This document shows positions 31,504 through 45,030 of a stretch of DNA of 64,000 nucleotides, piece after piece. Under the pieces are notes generated by a model, which saw only the letters and a program-made list of their open reading frames with translations, did no database searches and was not told where the DNA came from. Location: assembly GCA_002633005.1 (NCBI GenBank), contig NMRA01000106.1, positions 863,338 to 927,337 on the forward strand, in the 5' to 3' direction. A program made the position numbers and the translations under genes. The DNA is from Phoronis australis. Its lineage: Eukaryota; Animalia; Phoronida. The number at the start of each line of letters is the position of its first letter. Within the stretch, counting starts at the first letter, position 1.

Positions 31504-32317
31504 TAGTCCAGTACACTGGATAATGTATGCGCACGTGTTATTATGAGGACATGTTTAACATGTTTAATCATTTAGTCGTGAATTGTGGTAAGAATGAACA
31601 TTGTTATGTTATCTTCTCTTGTAAAAAAAAGAAAGTGACAGAGAGGTAATGAAGTGCAGTTTTATTCATGTTAATTTTTTCATGCGAGCATGTTTTATGA
31701 ATACTGAAGATTGCTTTTAGTTAAGATAATGAAAGTCATTTTTTTCGACATGACCTTGAACAAAAAGGGAAAATATCATTAGTCGACACTTAAAGCAGTC
31801 GCTTGTTATCTATTTGACATTATTCTGTTTAAACAAAACTGTATTTTGTCTAATTCCCTGCTTTCTACGGTAACGAATGTATTGCTGATTTTACATGTTG
31901 AGAAGCATAGGTTCAAGAATTCTAAACTTGTCAAGTTGAATGTTATGTGTACACTCAATTGGATGCAATTTAGTCATGGTCAAACAGCATTAACTGTGAG
32001 TGAATTTATTTTCTTTTGATCAAGTGCAGAATTGTTTTGAGTACACAATATGTTTAGTCATTGTATGTCTGAAGAAAAAATAAAAATGTAAATATATACT
32101 TGTGTTGTATTACTTACGCCAACGCATATCTCTCCACTGATTGCCATAAAAATTTCTTTTAACTGATTACTAATTAAAAAGCTATTTTAATAATTTTTGA
32201 GAAAACGGATCAGTGCCATAGCGCAATTAAGTTGATTCATTGTACAATATCACAAAAACTTGTCTTGGACCACTTACTGCACATAAAAAACTGATGCCTG
32301 CTTGTTCATATCGTATA

Positions 32318-32381
32318 AGAAGTGGTTCTGGGCTTGGGAGAATATGGCTAGAAGTGGTTCTGGGCTTGGGAGAATATGGCT
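32318..32381. repeat. Perfect 32-bp tandem duplication
   Basis: AGAAGTGGTTCTGGGCTTGGGAGAATATGGCT x2. Confidence 0.9.
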
Positions 32382-33264
32382 AGAATATTGCTGCACAAAA
32401 TGACCCACAGTAACGAGCTAACTTGTAGAGCCTAGTTTTCAGTAATAACACATCGTCGGTTCTTTTCAAAGCCCAGACATCGCCTCGTTTTACCAAAGAA
32501 CAATACTCATTTCATCGTGTTAAGTGGTCTAAATATGTACGTAGTTCAAACAAAATGTTTTATTAAAAACAGGCCATCTCTAAACTCTTCATTAAGGTTA
32601 TATGTACCATGAAAAATTACATGAGACATCACACCTCACCTGTGATTCATTGAGGTATTAACTCAAACACAAATAAATAATTACAAAAATGGGGCTTTCA
32701 CCAATCCCAGAAACTGAACTATGGCTAGACTGAGCTGATGCCACAGAAATTTCAAATAAAACACGATTATGACAACAGTTCTAACTGTGATTGCCTTCCA
32801 TGGAAGGAAAGCAGTGTGCCTTCACTGTCGTACTGAGTCTGGGTGTAGCAGGATGAGGAAGATCTTGCAAGAAAAAATACAAAATACCATTTTTCAATAA
32901 TGCATAACTATTTTGAGCCCTAATATGAAGTACTGCATTACTGGTGCAGATCATGGATAATGAAAAAGAGGTTTGACGTTCATGTTAGATTTGTCAATTA
33001 AAGTAGAAAAAGCATCACAGTACTCTTCTCATTCCATGTCTAAATAAACACCCAGGCTTTTTGTATTGAGAGTATAGCCATTTTCCAAGCTCCTCGGACT
33101 GCAATCAAACATTTTCTTGGAATGCTGTGTGATACACCAATGAGCACATAGCTACCATCATTAAATTACAGTAAACAAATTCCCCCAACTCAATGTTTGC
33201 ATTGATCATAAGATTGCAAAGTCCTCAAAACGCCAATGCCATTTCATACATATGTCCGAGTTAT

Positions 33265-36200
33265 CTACATGCCGTTGTAAGCCGGTCCTTCTCCACCTTG
33301 TGGACACACCCAATTGATGTTCTGGCTGGGGTCTTTAATGTCACATGTCTTACAGTGGATGCAGTTCTGTGCGTTGATCTGCAGCCGCATTCCACCGTCC
33401 TCCACTTCTACGTATTCATACACGCCTGAAAACAAGAATGCATAGCCATTACATAATTAACGGATTAGCTTCATTCCCTGGCATGGTGGAGGCCACTAAA
33501 CCAAAGGCAAAACAATGACTGTGACCGTTAAGTGAATGGTACACAAATGCCAAGTGCCACTAAGCAACCATAAACCTCCCAGCTTCCGTCACATAAACAT
33601 TTGTCTTTTGATTTAGAATACTCACCACTACAAAATTGGTCTCAACATTTTCCACAGTCAAATTAGAAATTATTTCTTGGCATGAAACGAACTCTCAGTG
33701 TGCTATTGTTTGAGATCAGGTTCCATGAGTCGATTAGTCAAAGCAGATCATTTTTGTACAGAGCATAGTCTAAAGCTATATCAAACTGTCAATTCTTTGC
33801 AAACCCAGAAATGATTTCTCAATAAACAAGTAGTTTGAAAAAATAGAATATTAAAATTAACATGGGTTTATAGCTACAGCAAAAAAGAATATTGCAGCTG
33901 GAAACTAAAATCAAATAGGCAAGTCCAGAAATATCCTGCTTCATAATTACATTAAAATAAACAGATAGCATTACAACAGTCAACTTTCAAATATACCTAA
34001 TAATGCAAGAGACACCACATAATTTAATAAAACTCAAACTCAATAGGCAGAAATCAGTAAGAGTCTGATTTACATCATTTTAATTCAATGAATAAGGCAA
34101 ACAATCACAGTGAATTATGATGGTAAAAGACCTTCATTTAGTATTTTCTTTTATCCAAGAAGAAATTTAGCATATTCAGGTAGCAGCCTACTAATTGACC
34201 TGTATGACCACCATTGCTAATGTTATATTACCTGCTGGGCAAAACCTTTGTTCTGGGCCATCGTATATGGCAAGGTTGTTATTAACAGGAACATCATCGT
34301 TCTTCAGTGTGAGGTGGGCTGGTTGATCATGATCATGATTTGTGCCTGTTAGTGCCACGGACGACAATAAATCAAAGCTAATTTCACCATCAGGCTTGGG
34401 GTAGTCAATCGGTGTACATTCTGAAGCAGGCTTCAGCTTACTGGAGTCTAATTCTGAAAAAAAGGAAGATAGTGGCAAATTGATTCCACAAGCTGTAAGA
34501 GGCATTCCAGTCTACATCCTGCAGTCTACAAGAAAGAATTGGCCTAAATTGAAACTCACAGGCTGACGTAATTCCTCAAGGTGTCCATCTCTAAGTACAA
34601 TACTTACCACCGTGCTTCTCTAAGAGAAAGAAGTAACTTCAGATACAGTGTGATACCTCAGTGAAAGCATGATCAGAGTCAGTGTTACAGTCAAATTGTA
34701 AAAAGCTGTATAAGGAATGCTATTAACTTAAATTCTCAGAACACTGCAATTTGTGGTTACATTTAGTTGCTGCTCTCTGTCCATGAACGCAAAATTTGGT
34801 AAAATTATTACCAAGCATGGTCAGTGATTGTAAAGAGACAAAATCAGAGAGAATACCTTTGTGCCTTAATGTCCATGGTTCCTTTCCTCGTAAAAAGCAG
34901 TAGAATATTCCAGTATAAAGAAGTCCACCGTATAGCCCCAAAGGACTGTCGAAAGATGGACGAACGTTGCGAACCGACTTCAGCTCTTGCCACACCCAGC
35001 TGTTTTGCATATTTGTCGTGTAGATTTCAGGATTCAGGCCAACTAAAAGATTTTGAAAAAATTCAGTACGTGTAAAAACAAGCAAATGTTTTGAAATAAT
35101 GACGATGACTCGCACATTATTAAGGGTTTTGGACAGGAATTGATGCAAGTCACCAGTCACCAGTAGAACTAGCATAACTTTTCTCAAAAATAGATGGATG
35201 AATTTTGGGTGGTGTTTCGTACACCAAAGACAATCAAGACTATGTGCTTTGCTTGAAATGCATGGCGATATCGTAAATTTTCGCGAGTATTTTTGGGTCT
35301 ATGAAAAGCAAGTTTGACCCTAATGTCACAGCAACACACATATAATGTACACAGCATGTGGACAAATGTCATAGCACATGTTCAAACAATAGCTAAACAA
35401 TACATTGCAATATAATGCTTATGGCAAGTATGTTCTAGTTAGCTCTATTTCCAAAGTTCCTTCATTATTTGTGTTCATTGATCATCGAAAAATATTATTG
35501 AAGTTGGTGCAACATATCTTTTATTGAAAAAATGAGAAAGTAAAATTTCATATCATGTCCTAAATTGGTGAAAATTGACCGTGATCTCCAAAAAAGAAGA
35601 CTAAGTTATTCACAACCCAAGAAATACAGCCAGAGCTTGGGTTGCTTTGTGGTTGTTTGTGTCGTTATTTATGGTGTAGTTTTTATAACCAAGCAGAAGC
35701 ATACAGGACTTAAAAAACCTTGCTTGTAAAGGGTGTTCATTTCATGAAAATAATTCCAAATGTCCTCTACCCTTATCTGGAAGTTGAGTAGTAAAGCACA
35801 AAGATAAAACGCTAATTTAAATGCACATAAAATGCCAGCACAAATTAAGTTTTAGAGGTAACATTAATAAACTTGACTATTATGTAGAGTGCACCTGAAC
35901 TCACCAGNTTGGTGAATTGTCAGCGTGCTTGTTGATTGTCTCATATACACTCTCAGCTCCCACAATGCCGCTCTTCATTGCATTGTGGGTACCTTTGATC
36001 TTGGGCACGTTCATGAAGCCAGGACTACAGCCTATTAGGCAGCCTCCAGGGAAGGTAAGTTTGGGTATAGACTGAAACACACAAAAGGATGACTAAATCT
36101 GAAGTCTGTAGCTTAAGGTAAGGGAGTACGCTGATATACTATAACAAATAGATTGAATCTACCTGAGGAAGCACCAAAGCCAAATGGTAGACAGTATAAT

Positions 36201-39200
36201 TATCAAAACATCCAGTTTTAAAAGACTGTTGTGAGACAAGAATAAACAGCAGCACATGCTAAGTTAAGGTAGATTCACAACACGTTCCTCAAAGAGTGAC
36301 TTCAACAGGGGAGGGAGTGACCCCCGGGATGTCACTGATATTAATTATTAACCTGGAAGCCTCCCTCATTCAGTGCTAACAGTGAAGGGAGTGACCCCCG
36401 GGATGTCACAGATATTAATTACTAACCTGGAAGCCCCCCTCATTCAGTGCTCTGGCTCCATACGCTATCCTCTTGCCACCTCGCAACACTTTCTCCACAG
36501 ACGGGTGGTGCTTGAACTTCTGGAAGGTCTTGAATGGATTGAGGTAGGGATTGCTGTAGTCGAGGCCAACCTGATGTCAAAGGTCAAAGAGCATGAAAAT
36601 GAAGGTCACAGCTGATTGGTCACATCAGATAACAAGTTAGCTTCTCACCATTGATTTCCACAGCAAAACCATTTAAGTATTAGAATTTTGAGGATAATCT
36701 AGTAAACAGGAATGTGCCATTGCCAACTAAAGAAAGAATATGAATTAAAGATATAAAAGGTGAATTTTGAGGATATAGATACTTTTAGCAAAGTAATCAA
36801 TGCATTAATCTACTGATTGTATTATAATTTCCATGAACAAGATTATGAGAAATTGTTGTGCAACCACAACATCATCTAAATTGTACAGAAATTTATAAAG
36901 TTAACGAAATTTCTAATGTTCTTAGGCACATGTACAATCAGTTACTCAAAAGCATTTCATGAATCCAAAACACACATTAAAGTGCCTTGCTACATACCAC
37001 CATGCCTATAGCAATGAGCGGCGCACCTTCACCTAAATGGTACAAGAAAGAGCCGGCGTATGTGTTCCTGTCCTGTGAACAAAGCATGCATGTTATGCAT
37101 ACATTCTGACAATAAAATATAAAACAATACCGTAGAATACACAAGAACATGAAGTGTTCAAGAGACTCACAAAAGAACATCACAAAAATTAAATTACATG
37201 CCGCAATTAGACGACGAATTGTCAAACATAAATTTTAATCTTACTGTCAAAAAAGTTCAAATGCTATACTTAATAATTCTAAAATTATCATAATGTTTTA
37301 CTAAATCCTCTAATATGCTGAGGTTGGGGAACTTGAAAAACAATGTTTTTCAAATTTTTAAACTTCAAAATCAGAATAAACGAGCAATGTTGCTGATCTA
37401 GAAGAGTTAAGTCATTTGAGAAGAAAGTTGGCATTCCAACATCAGAAGATGATTGACAGTGACTTTAACCAACATAAAAAAAGAAATCAGTCCTCCATAA
37501 GTTTTGTTCCTCACCACAGGCCATCCCACTGTGTGTTCCACTCTCCCTGGTTTGTGATTGGCTGGATCTATTTCCCATACTTCCTTGAAGCCAATACCGT
37601 AAGACTGTGGATCACATTCGTCACGGAGATTGAACTGTGTGTAAAGCTGTTTGGCTAGGTGTCCATGGCAACCTTCAGAAAACATGGTGACTTTGGCATG
37701 TAGTTCCATTCCTCTCTCAAAAGTGTCCTGCAGAGAGATTAAACACGTGCTGAATATTAAAAGCCAGACAAACTTGTTCTTAACTCACATTTCAAGAAGC
37801 AAGTAAACATATATTTTCATCAAGCTAATAACTTCCACCAGCCATTTTGGTCTTCCACAGGCGATAGATAACTTCAACACACATAAAACCTTATCTGAGT
37901 CACACACCACGAAGACAATTGCTAGACACATTTGGACAAATCTGGCTAGTGCGGTATGATTCTGCAATGTTGTACATCTTTTTGCAAAAGATTTACATAA
38001 AAAATGACAGTCATTTTCTAAATAAACTTGAAAATACAATTTCAAAACAAAGATAATTTCTACATACTGTTTTTAAACTATGTTGAATTTTTTATGTAAT
38101 TTAGAAGTTGATATCAATTTGTCTTGGCTCCATACACTAAAATTTGCTATATTCGCATAATATACTAAATTTACAGAACTAATGAAATGCAACTTTAAGA
38201 CGAGAAAAAAAGCAAGCCTGAATCTCTTGGTTGGATAAAATAACGTCTGGTTGGTCTTTATTACTTAGCTTTATTTTACCTTAGGAGCTCCGTCTTTGTA
38301 TATTCCCACATCATTTGTAGCAATCCCTTTCACACTGCCATCCTCATGGTACAAAACCTGAAAAACAAGCCACATGTATTTTATGAAACCATTTTTACTG
38401 GCCACCGAATCTACATAATTCCAGATTTTAAAACATTTAAATTTTTGCCAGAGAAACATAATTCACCACTATGGATATAATCATTCAGCATGATTGTAAT
38501 TTTGGTGATAACAGAAAAATAGAGCAAAGATTTGAATAATCACAATTTTTACATTAAATTGTATAATATGCATAATGAACAGAAAACAGTAAAGTTGTGT
38601 GACACTTCACATGAAGTAAAGTAACAATTTTAAAGTAACAGAAGATCATATTTCAACAGATCTTGGCGTATTAGTTACATAAAAATTTTGACACTGAGCC
38701 ACGATATAAAATATGTCTCCAGTACCAGCCAGGATGTTTACCAATGTGGTACATTTGTGACCATAGCAGAAACACCGGCTTTATTTTTTCAATTTAAAGC
38801 TTCACAGAACTGAATTTAACTAAGCTTTGCTCACCTCAGCTGCCGCAGTGCCAGGGTAGACCTCTACACCTAAATTTTCTGCCTGCTCACCTAACCATCG
38901 AACTAAGTTCCCAAGGCGTACAATGAAGTTACCAGTGTTGTGCATTGGGAAAACTGGAATAAAGAAACAAAAAATTCTCAAGACAATCTACATGACCTAG
39001 AACTGAACTTAAGGTTGGAGAGGGACTAGGAATCAGTAATATGTCAATGATCTCAAGTTTGACAGTATTTTTGAAGATTTTGAAAAAGTAGCTTTACCCG
39101 TGTTCAGCACCACTTCAACAAAGTCCCTAAACGACTAGGGAACCGAACACAGCGAGGCAATAAACAATAACTGCAATATGAATTACCAGCAACACGCCTC

Positions 39201-42200
39201 GCAAACGTAAGTCCGCAAATCAAATCATTGCACAATACAGTCTTCCATTTAACACAGTAGAGGTAACAGATCCTCTCGATGACTTAAACCATCATTGGAC
39301 AACTTGCTCCAAACAGCAGAAGAGCACACTTGTGTTAAGTACGCTTAGTAACGAAAAGGTGTCTTGTCTGAAAGTGAACTTTTTGGTGACAAATATCAGA
39401 CAAAATCTAAAACAAATAGTGTAGAAACATGTTACACAAGACAAATTGTACTTACATGGCAAAATAGGAATATTTATCCTTCGTTTTTCTGTCAAGATTG
39501 AGAATACATCTTCAGTGACTGGAGTGTGTAGTGGTGCCTGTGAAAGTAACACAAGATAACAAGGTGAGCACATCAGGAATAGTACAGAAGTGGCTTCTGC
39601 TTTTGCACAAAAACATTCTTATTTTGGTTCATAAAGTATAAACCTACCTAATACAGTACAAGCCAAAGGTATTCAGACAAAATGACTCAGAATTACCTGA
39701 CATGACAGTTGGGTGGAAGCCGAATTCCTGGTAATAGAACTCATAGAAAGTCAGTAACGTGGATAAGCCACTCTGTAAATGGAATTTTATCACCCTTATA
39801 GTTATTACCTGTAATTTTTACAATTAGCAGAATTAGATGTCATAACAGGAATCTGTATTTTGTCTGATTACTTTTGTTTTGTACTGTAGGTGGCAGCACT
39901 ATCAGGGCATCAAAATATTGAATAGAGGTGACCCAGAAAATGAACCCATCAAACTTATAATTAATCCAACACTATTTTATTTATTGCGTTCAAATTTGGT
40001 AATTTAAATTTCATTCCATGGGTGACCTTTCCCCAGTTTTAACCATGCAGCCAGTTTCCATCAAATTTTTGGTTCTTTCCAACAGAATTATAATTTAGAA
40101 TTTAACACATTTTGTGGATTTGGGTTTCGCGTCGCCCTCTATATGCTGTAACCACAATAACTATTTTCTCATGAACTTTTTGTGGGATTTAATCTCACCA
40201 ACTTAGGATAAAAATAATTGCAAAAAACTCCCTTTTTTCATTTGCGAAACTAGTGCTTTTAACATTGTTGTGATTATTCACATTTTTTCAACACATTATG
40301 TGATGGTAGTCATGGTGTAGAAATGGAACACGAGGCAGCATTAATTTGATGCCTCACGTCCTTCATGGAAAAACAAAGAAATTCCACTAGTCAACTATGC
40401 TGTGTCCCAGATTGGTGGGAATTTTTCATAATACTATTTTTCAAAATCATCAGATGGTGTCAACCTCCAAATACCCGCTGTCCCTCAGACATTCCCTGAA
40501 AACTTACACCTAATTCTTCGTAGTTGGGAAACAATTCCATTAAAGCTCGTGGTTCAATACAGGCTCCAGACATAGTGTGACCACCTGCAACAAAAATTAA
40601 TTTCCAAGTTCAGAGCAAAATAAAGTTGAACAGCTCTTCAACATGTTTGGCTTTTTGAAATGGGTTTCTTGTTCCACATTTGAGATTTGAAAAGTTTTTA
40701 CTTCCTAGAGAATTATTCTTTTAAAAAATGGTAATTAAAAAACAAGACTGAGTTATGATTAACTAAATTCTGGTAGAACTTTGTGCAGTTTTTACCACAA
40801 TATAATTGAAAAGTAAAATGCATTAAAATGTCCATACATAATAGGTCATTTCAATAACTTTTTCCAACATGTCAGTGCGTTGTATTTTTGCTCATTTCAT
40901 TTACAACAGAATCATCACCATCACTTTTATTTAAAACATCTGAATGTATCCAGAATTGGCAAAAATTCACCAAACACAGAAATAAGCATCACATTTCATT
41001 AAGAGTTTGTTGACATATCTAGTGCTCATTGTTCACCTCACTTTACAAAAGGTGACACAAAAATTACAATACCCATCAACTCACCTATTTCTGATGCCTT
41101 TTCCACAACACACACTCTAAATTCATCATTGCCATCAGCATTGGCAAGTTGTTTCAGTCTACAGGCTGCCGACAGACCAGCAGGACCCCCACCCACAATG
41201 AGCACATCTACCTCATCTGACACTCTCTCCATGTCTACGTCTAAACAAAATGGAGCGATTCATTAATAGTGAGGGTAGGGCGAGTGGGTTGCAATGTGAC
41301 TACAATAGTTAAATGCAACAATTCACCGATAAACAGACCCAGTGAAATGAATCTTTCACACGAGGCTATGTGAGCCTGCATTTAAACAGAAAATGAAGAT
41401 ATTCATTAAGTAAACACATATCTACAGAAACTGAAGATTGTTGTTGTGTCCAAGTTCCACTTGTAATTTAAGACAGCTATAATTCTTAAGCCCGGTTACG
41501 AATGTATCGCCAATATAAAAACTAAAATTGACAAGGAAAATTTTACCTTTCCATCTTGGATCAGTGTCCCTGCTGACTATTGAGTAGTGTGTTGTTATCT
41601 TGGGTTGTGTTGACAGTTGACGACAACATCTCCACACAGACTTTGCACCTGAAATTTAACCATACAAGTAACATCACCAAAACAGGTTTCAACTAAAACT
41701 GGACATCGGTTAAAGGATTAGCACATCTTTGCCTAACTTACTTACAATCTACATTGGTTGTTCAATTGGCTCAAAAACGACCATCAAGTCATGGAGTCCT
41801 CTTGCCATAGTCAAGTTATCAGTCCTTTTGGACATTGCAAGTTAGTAATCCCTAGCACTAGGAACAAAACATTGTTCAGATTCAACATTTGGTGTGTCAT
41901 TGACTGAATGTACACAAGAGCTGTTGCACTGAATGTAAAATATGGACATTCTCTAATTATTTCAAACAAAAAATTCCCAAAATTTTCATTTTTCAAAGAC
42001 TGATTATCATTGTGAAAATAATGAAAACTTTGCCAAATGTCGTTTTGGGGCATCTACACAGCACATAGCACACAGCACGCAACACACAGCACATGGCACA
42101 CAGCACACAACACAAATTATGCTGGTAATTATACAAAATGTTCTTAGTCTTTTCTTTTGAGGAAAAATTTTGACAAAATTGAATTTCACAAGTCATTAAT

Positions 42201-44846
42201 AATAAATAAGTGAGGAATTACCATATACTAATAGTGAGACCACAGGTCTTCATTCAAAGACAGGTCCCTAGTTATGTGCTACTCATAAAGTATGCAGTTT
42301 GAGAGTCCAGCAAATATAATCTATTAAGGCAATGATAATAAGTTGATCTATATCATAAGTGACCCAAAAATTAATGTTTTATAAATTTTAAAGCAACTTC
42401 ATTCGCTGGTAAACTTTGACATTTTGTTATATAAAATTAATTTCGATGACCTTGCATATAGTAATTTAAGCAAATATTAACATGTCTGACGAAAAATACC
42501 GTGGAGCTAAAAATGGCTGTCAGAGTGGGTTTACAAGTTATCAGCCACTCAAACTAGATCTTTTCAACATGATTAGAATTCCTGCATAAACTTTAGCCAC
42601 TTGACACTAAACAATTCTCAGGTAGTTGTCTCACAGATAAGAGGTTCTGTGAATACTGGCAATGTTTCAGTCCTGACCTTCAATTAATTCCAAAATAACA
42701 TTCTGGCCGTCAAACAGACGGCTGCTGCGTAACCCCTTGCTTGGGAGTCCGAGTATTTTGCGCTTTGAAACGTACAGTTGTATATTTTAGCAAATAAAAT
42801 CTTTTAATGTGTATGACATGTGACTTCCGTGTGTAACGCGGAGTTGTATATAGCTCTTCTAAATTACAAACACTGAACAGAGTGTCTTGTGGTCTAGAGG
42901 TTTAGAGTGAAGTTAATTCGTAAATATTGAGAAAGCGGTCATCATTTCAAGCTTTTTTAAATTTTACCAACACTTTTTTAATTCTGACCAATCCCATCGG
43001 AACCCGTCCAAAATAACATCTTGGCCGTCCAACAGACAGCCACTGCGTAAACCCTTGCTTGGGAGTCTGATTATTTTACGCTTTGCAACGTACAGTTGTA
43101 TATTTTAACGTATAAAATCTTTTAATGTGTATGACATGTGACTTCCGTGTGTAACGCGGAGTCGTATAAAGCTCTTCTAAATTACAAACACTGAACAGAG
43201 TGTCTTGTGGTCTAGAGGTTTAGAGTGAAGTTAATTCGTTTTATGACCAAGGTACAATACCCGGTGTCAGAAGCAAAGTTTTTGTGTAACAAATTTGTAA
43301 TGAATGAAACAAAAATTGTGAACTTGCTGAATCAAATAATCGTGGAGAGCGGAAAAAGGTTAGAAAATTCATAAACGTAGAGACCCAAATAAGNCCTGAC
43401 CTTCAATTAATTCCAAAATAACATTCTGGCCGTCAAACAGACGGCTGCTGCGTAACCCCTTGCTTGGGAGTCCAAGTATTTTGCGCTTTGAAACGTACAG
43501 TTGTATATTTTAGCAAATAAAATCTTTTAATGTGTATGACATGTGACTTCCGTGTGTAACGTGGAGTTGTATATAGCTCTTATAAATTACAAAAACCGAA
43601 CTGAGTGTCTCGTGGTCTAGAGGTTTAGAGCAAATTAACTTGGTCTTACGACCACGGTACGATACCCGGTGTCAGAAGCAAAGTTTTTGTGTAACAAATT
43701 TGTAATGAATGAAACAAAAATTGTGAACTTGCTGAATCAAATAATTGTGGAGAGTGGAAAAAGATTTGAAAATTAATAAACGTGGAGACCCAAATAAGTG
43801 TCGTATAGACCGGAAAACGAGTCTGAAAAAATAATCGTAAAGATACGGCTATTTGGAACTCAAGAATAACTGTCTTTTCCATTTGACCTCAAGCAATGAC
43901 TGTAATGGCTTTAAGTCTTCCATTTCACTCTAGCTAGGAAAAGTTAACAACACCAACAGCGCCCTCTATTTTCAAAAGGTATAGCGACAGCAATATATGA
44001 CTTTGACAGTTTAGTCAATGTGAGACATAATTTGCCAAAAGTTTCCATCATACGGCAGCCCTATTGAGTGACTACCATCTGTGCTAGCAGCGCAGGGCAC
44101 GAGTCGGATATGATGGACCTGATTTAGATAACCAGTTTTATCCACTAAATAACGGCCATTATTTAGTGATTGCCTGGTTCTCTAAGTCAGGGTCCATTAT
44201 ATCCGACTAGTGCCGCTGCGCTGGACTGGTTCAGACAGTAGTACTGTCTAGCCAAGAGGAGGCAGCACACACAGGGGACCCGTTTTACAAAACCAACCCG
44301 TGTATTTGTCTTCAGGCTTTATCCTATTGGAGGGCTCTGATGACACACAAGCATATTCTTTACTATATTATATACCTAAGAATTTCCTCTACACTGCACT
44401 ACAGTCAGGTCAGTCAGGCCAGGGGTAGGGGAACTCTGGGACCCCTTACACCCTTACCATTGACCCAGACTAGAAGATAAATATACCCCGGTATCATACC
44501 GCTATACCGAGTATACCGGGTATGTAAACCAGCGCTACCTATATCCAATGATGCAAAGAAACAAACTACTTGAGTTACGTACAAATAAAACGATCTTCTG
44601 CAGTAGCCTTAATAGGCAGGGGACATCGGCAAGTACCACACCACTGACTGTTTACCCACTTAACCACTGACGAGAGTGAACACTGCTGAAGTCTTTACGT
44701 AATCATGTCAGTTGGCTACAGTGACCACACTTGGCTCGTGTTACTGACATTAACCAGAATGTTGTTCGAGAAATCTGCTGACATTTGCCTCAAAAAAGAA
44801 ATCTCTAATTTCAGTTTAACTTACCTGTCAATCTTCCGACAAACAT
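33265..44846 (-). CDS. ETFDH: Electron transfer flavoprotein-ubiquinone oxidoreductase, mitochondrial
   Basis: Exons 44846-44825 (MFVGRLTG, least certain), 41648-41547, 41240-41085, 40584-40508, 39537-39456, 38953-38835, 38357-38280, 37727-37515, 37072-36998, 36570-36427, 36071-35905, 35042-34857, 34453-34232, 33425-33265. FAD motif [22 protein letters not shown], 4Fe-4S ligands RFCPAGVYE and [13 protein letters not shown], and C-terminus [10 protein letters not shown]. Confidence 0.98.
36304..36451. repeat. 74-bp tandem duplication spanning an ETFDH exon end and splice donor
   Basis: 36304-36377 matches 36378-36451. Confidence 0.9.
42672..43798. repeat. Complex tandem triplication in ETFDH intron 1
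   Basis: A ~230-250-bp unit (CCAAAATAACAT...GTGACTTCCGTGTGTAACG...GGTCTAGAGGTTTAGAG) lies at ~42672, ~43007 and ~43394; the last two copies share a further ~155 bp. Confidence 0.9.
44071..44242. mobile_element. Fold-back (near fully palindromic) MITE-like element
   Basis: Left arm CAGCGCAGGGCACGAGTCGGATATGATGGACCTGATTTAGATAACCAG..CACTAAATAA pairs with right arm TTATTTAGTG..CTGGTTCTCTAAGTCAGGGTCCATTATATCCGACTAGTGCCGCTGCGCTG around a 6-nt loop. Confidence 0.7.
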
Positions 44847-45030
44847 TTTCGATCTCAATCACTGCCAGACCAGAACAAACTGGCTTGCTCCAGTGAAAAA
44901 GGTCCTCTCTCAGCAAAACTAGGTCAACTTTAATGTCCACTTATGATAAACTTACGTCAGTCGATTCATTTTCACGAAAGACGTCGCTCTAGTCGGTTGG
45001 CGAAGCGCGTCAAGTATCGCAAGACAAGAC
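44847..45030. promoter_or_regulatory. Compact bidirectional promoter shared by ETFDH and the Scm3/HJURP-like gene
   Basis: Divergent ATGs at 44846 (-) and 45031 (+) are 184 bp apart; the segment is locally CpG-rich; YY1-like ACATGGCG overlaps the + strand ATG. Confidence 0.65.
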
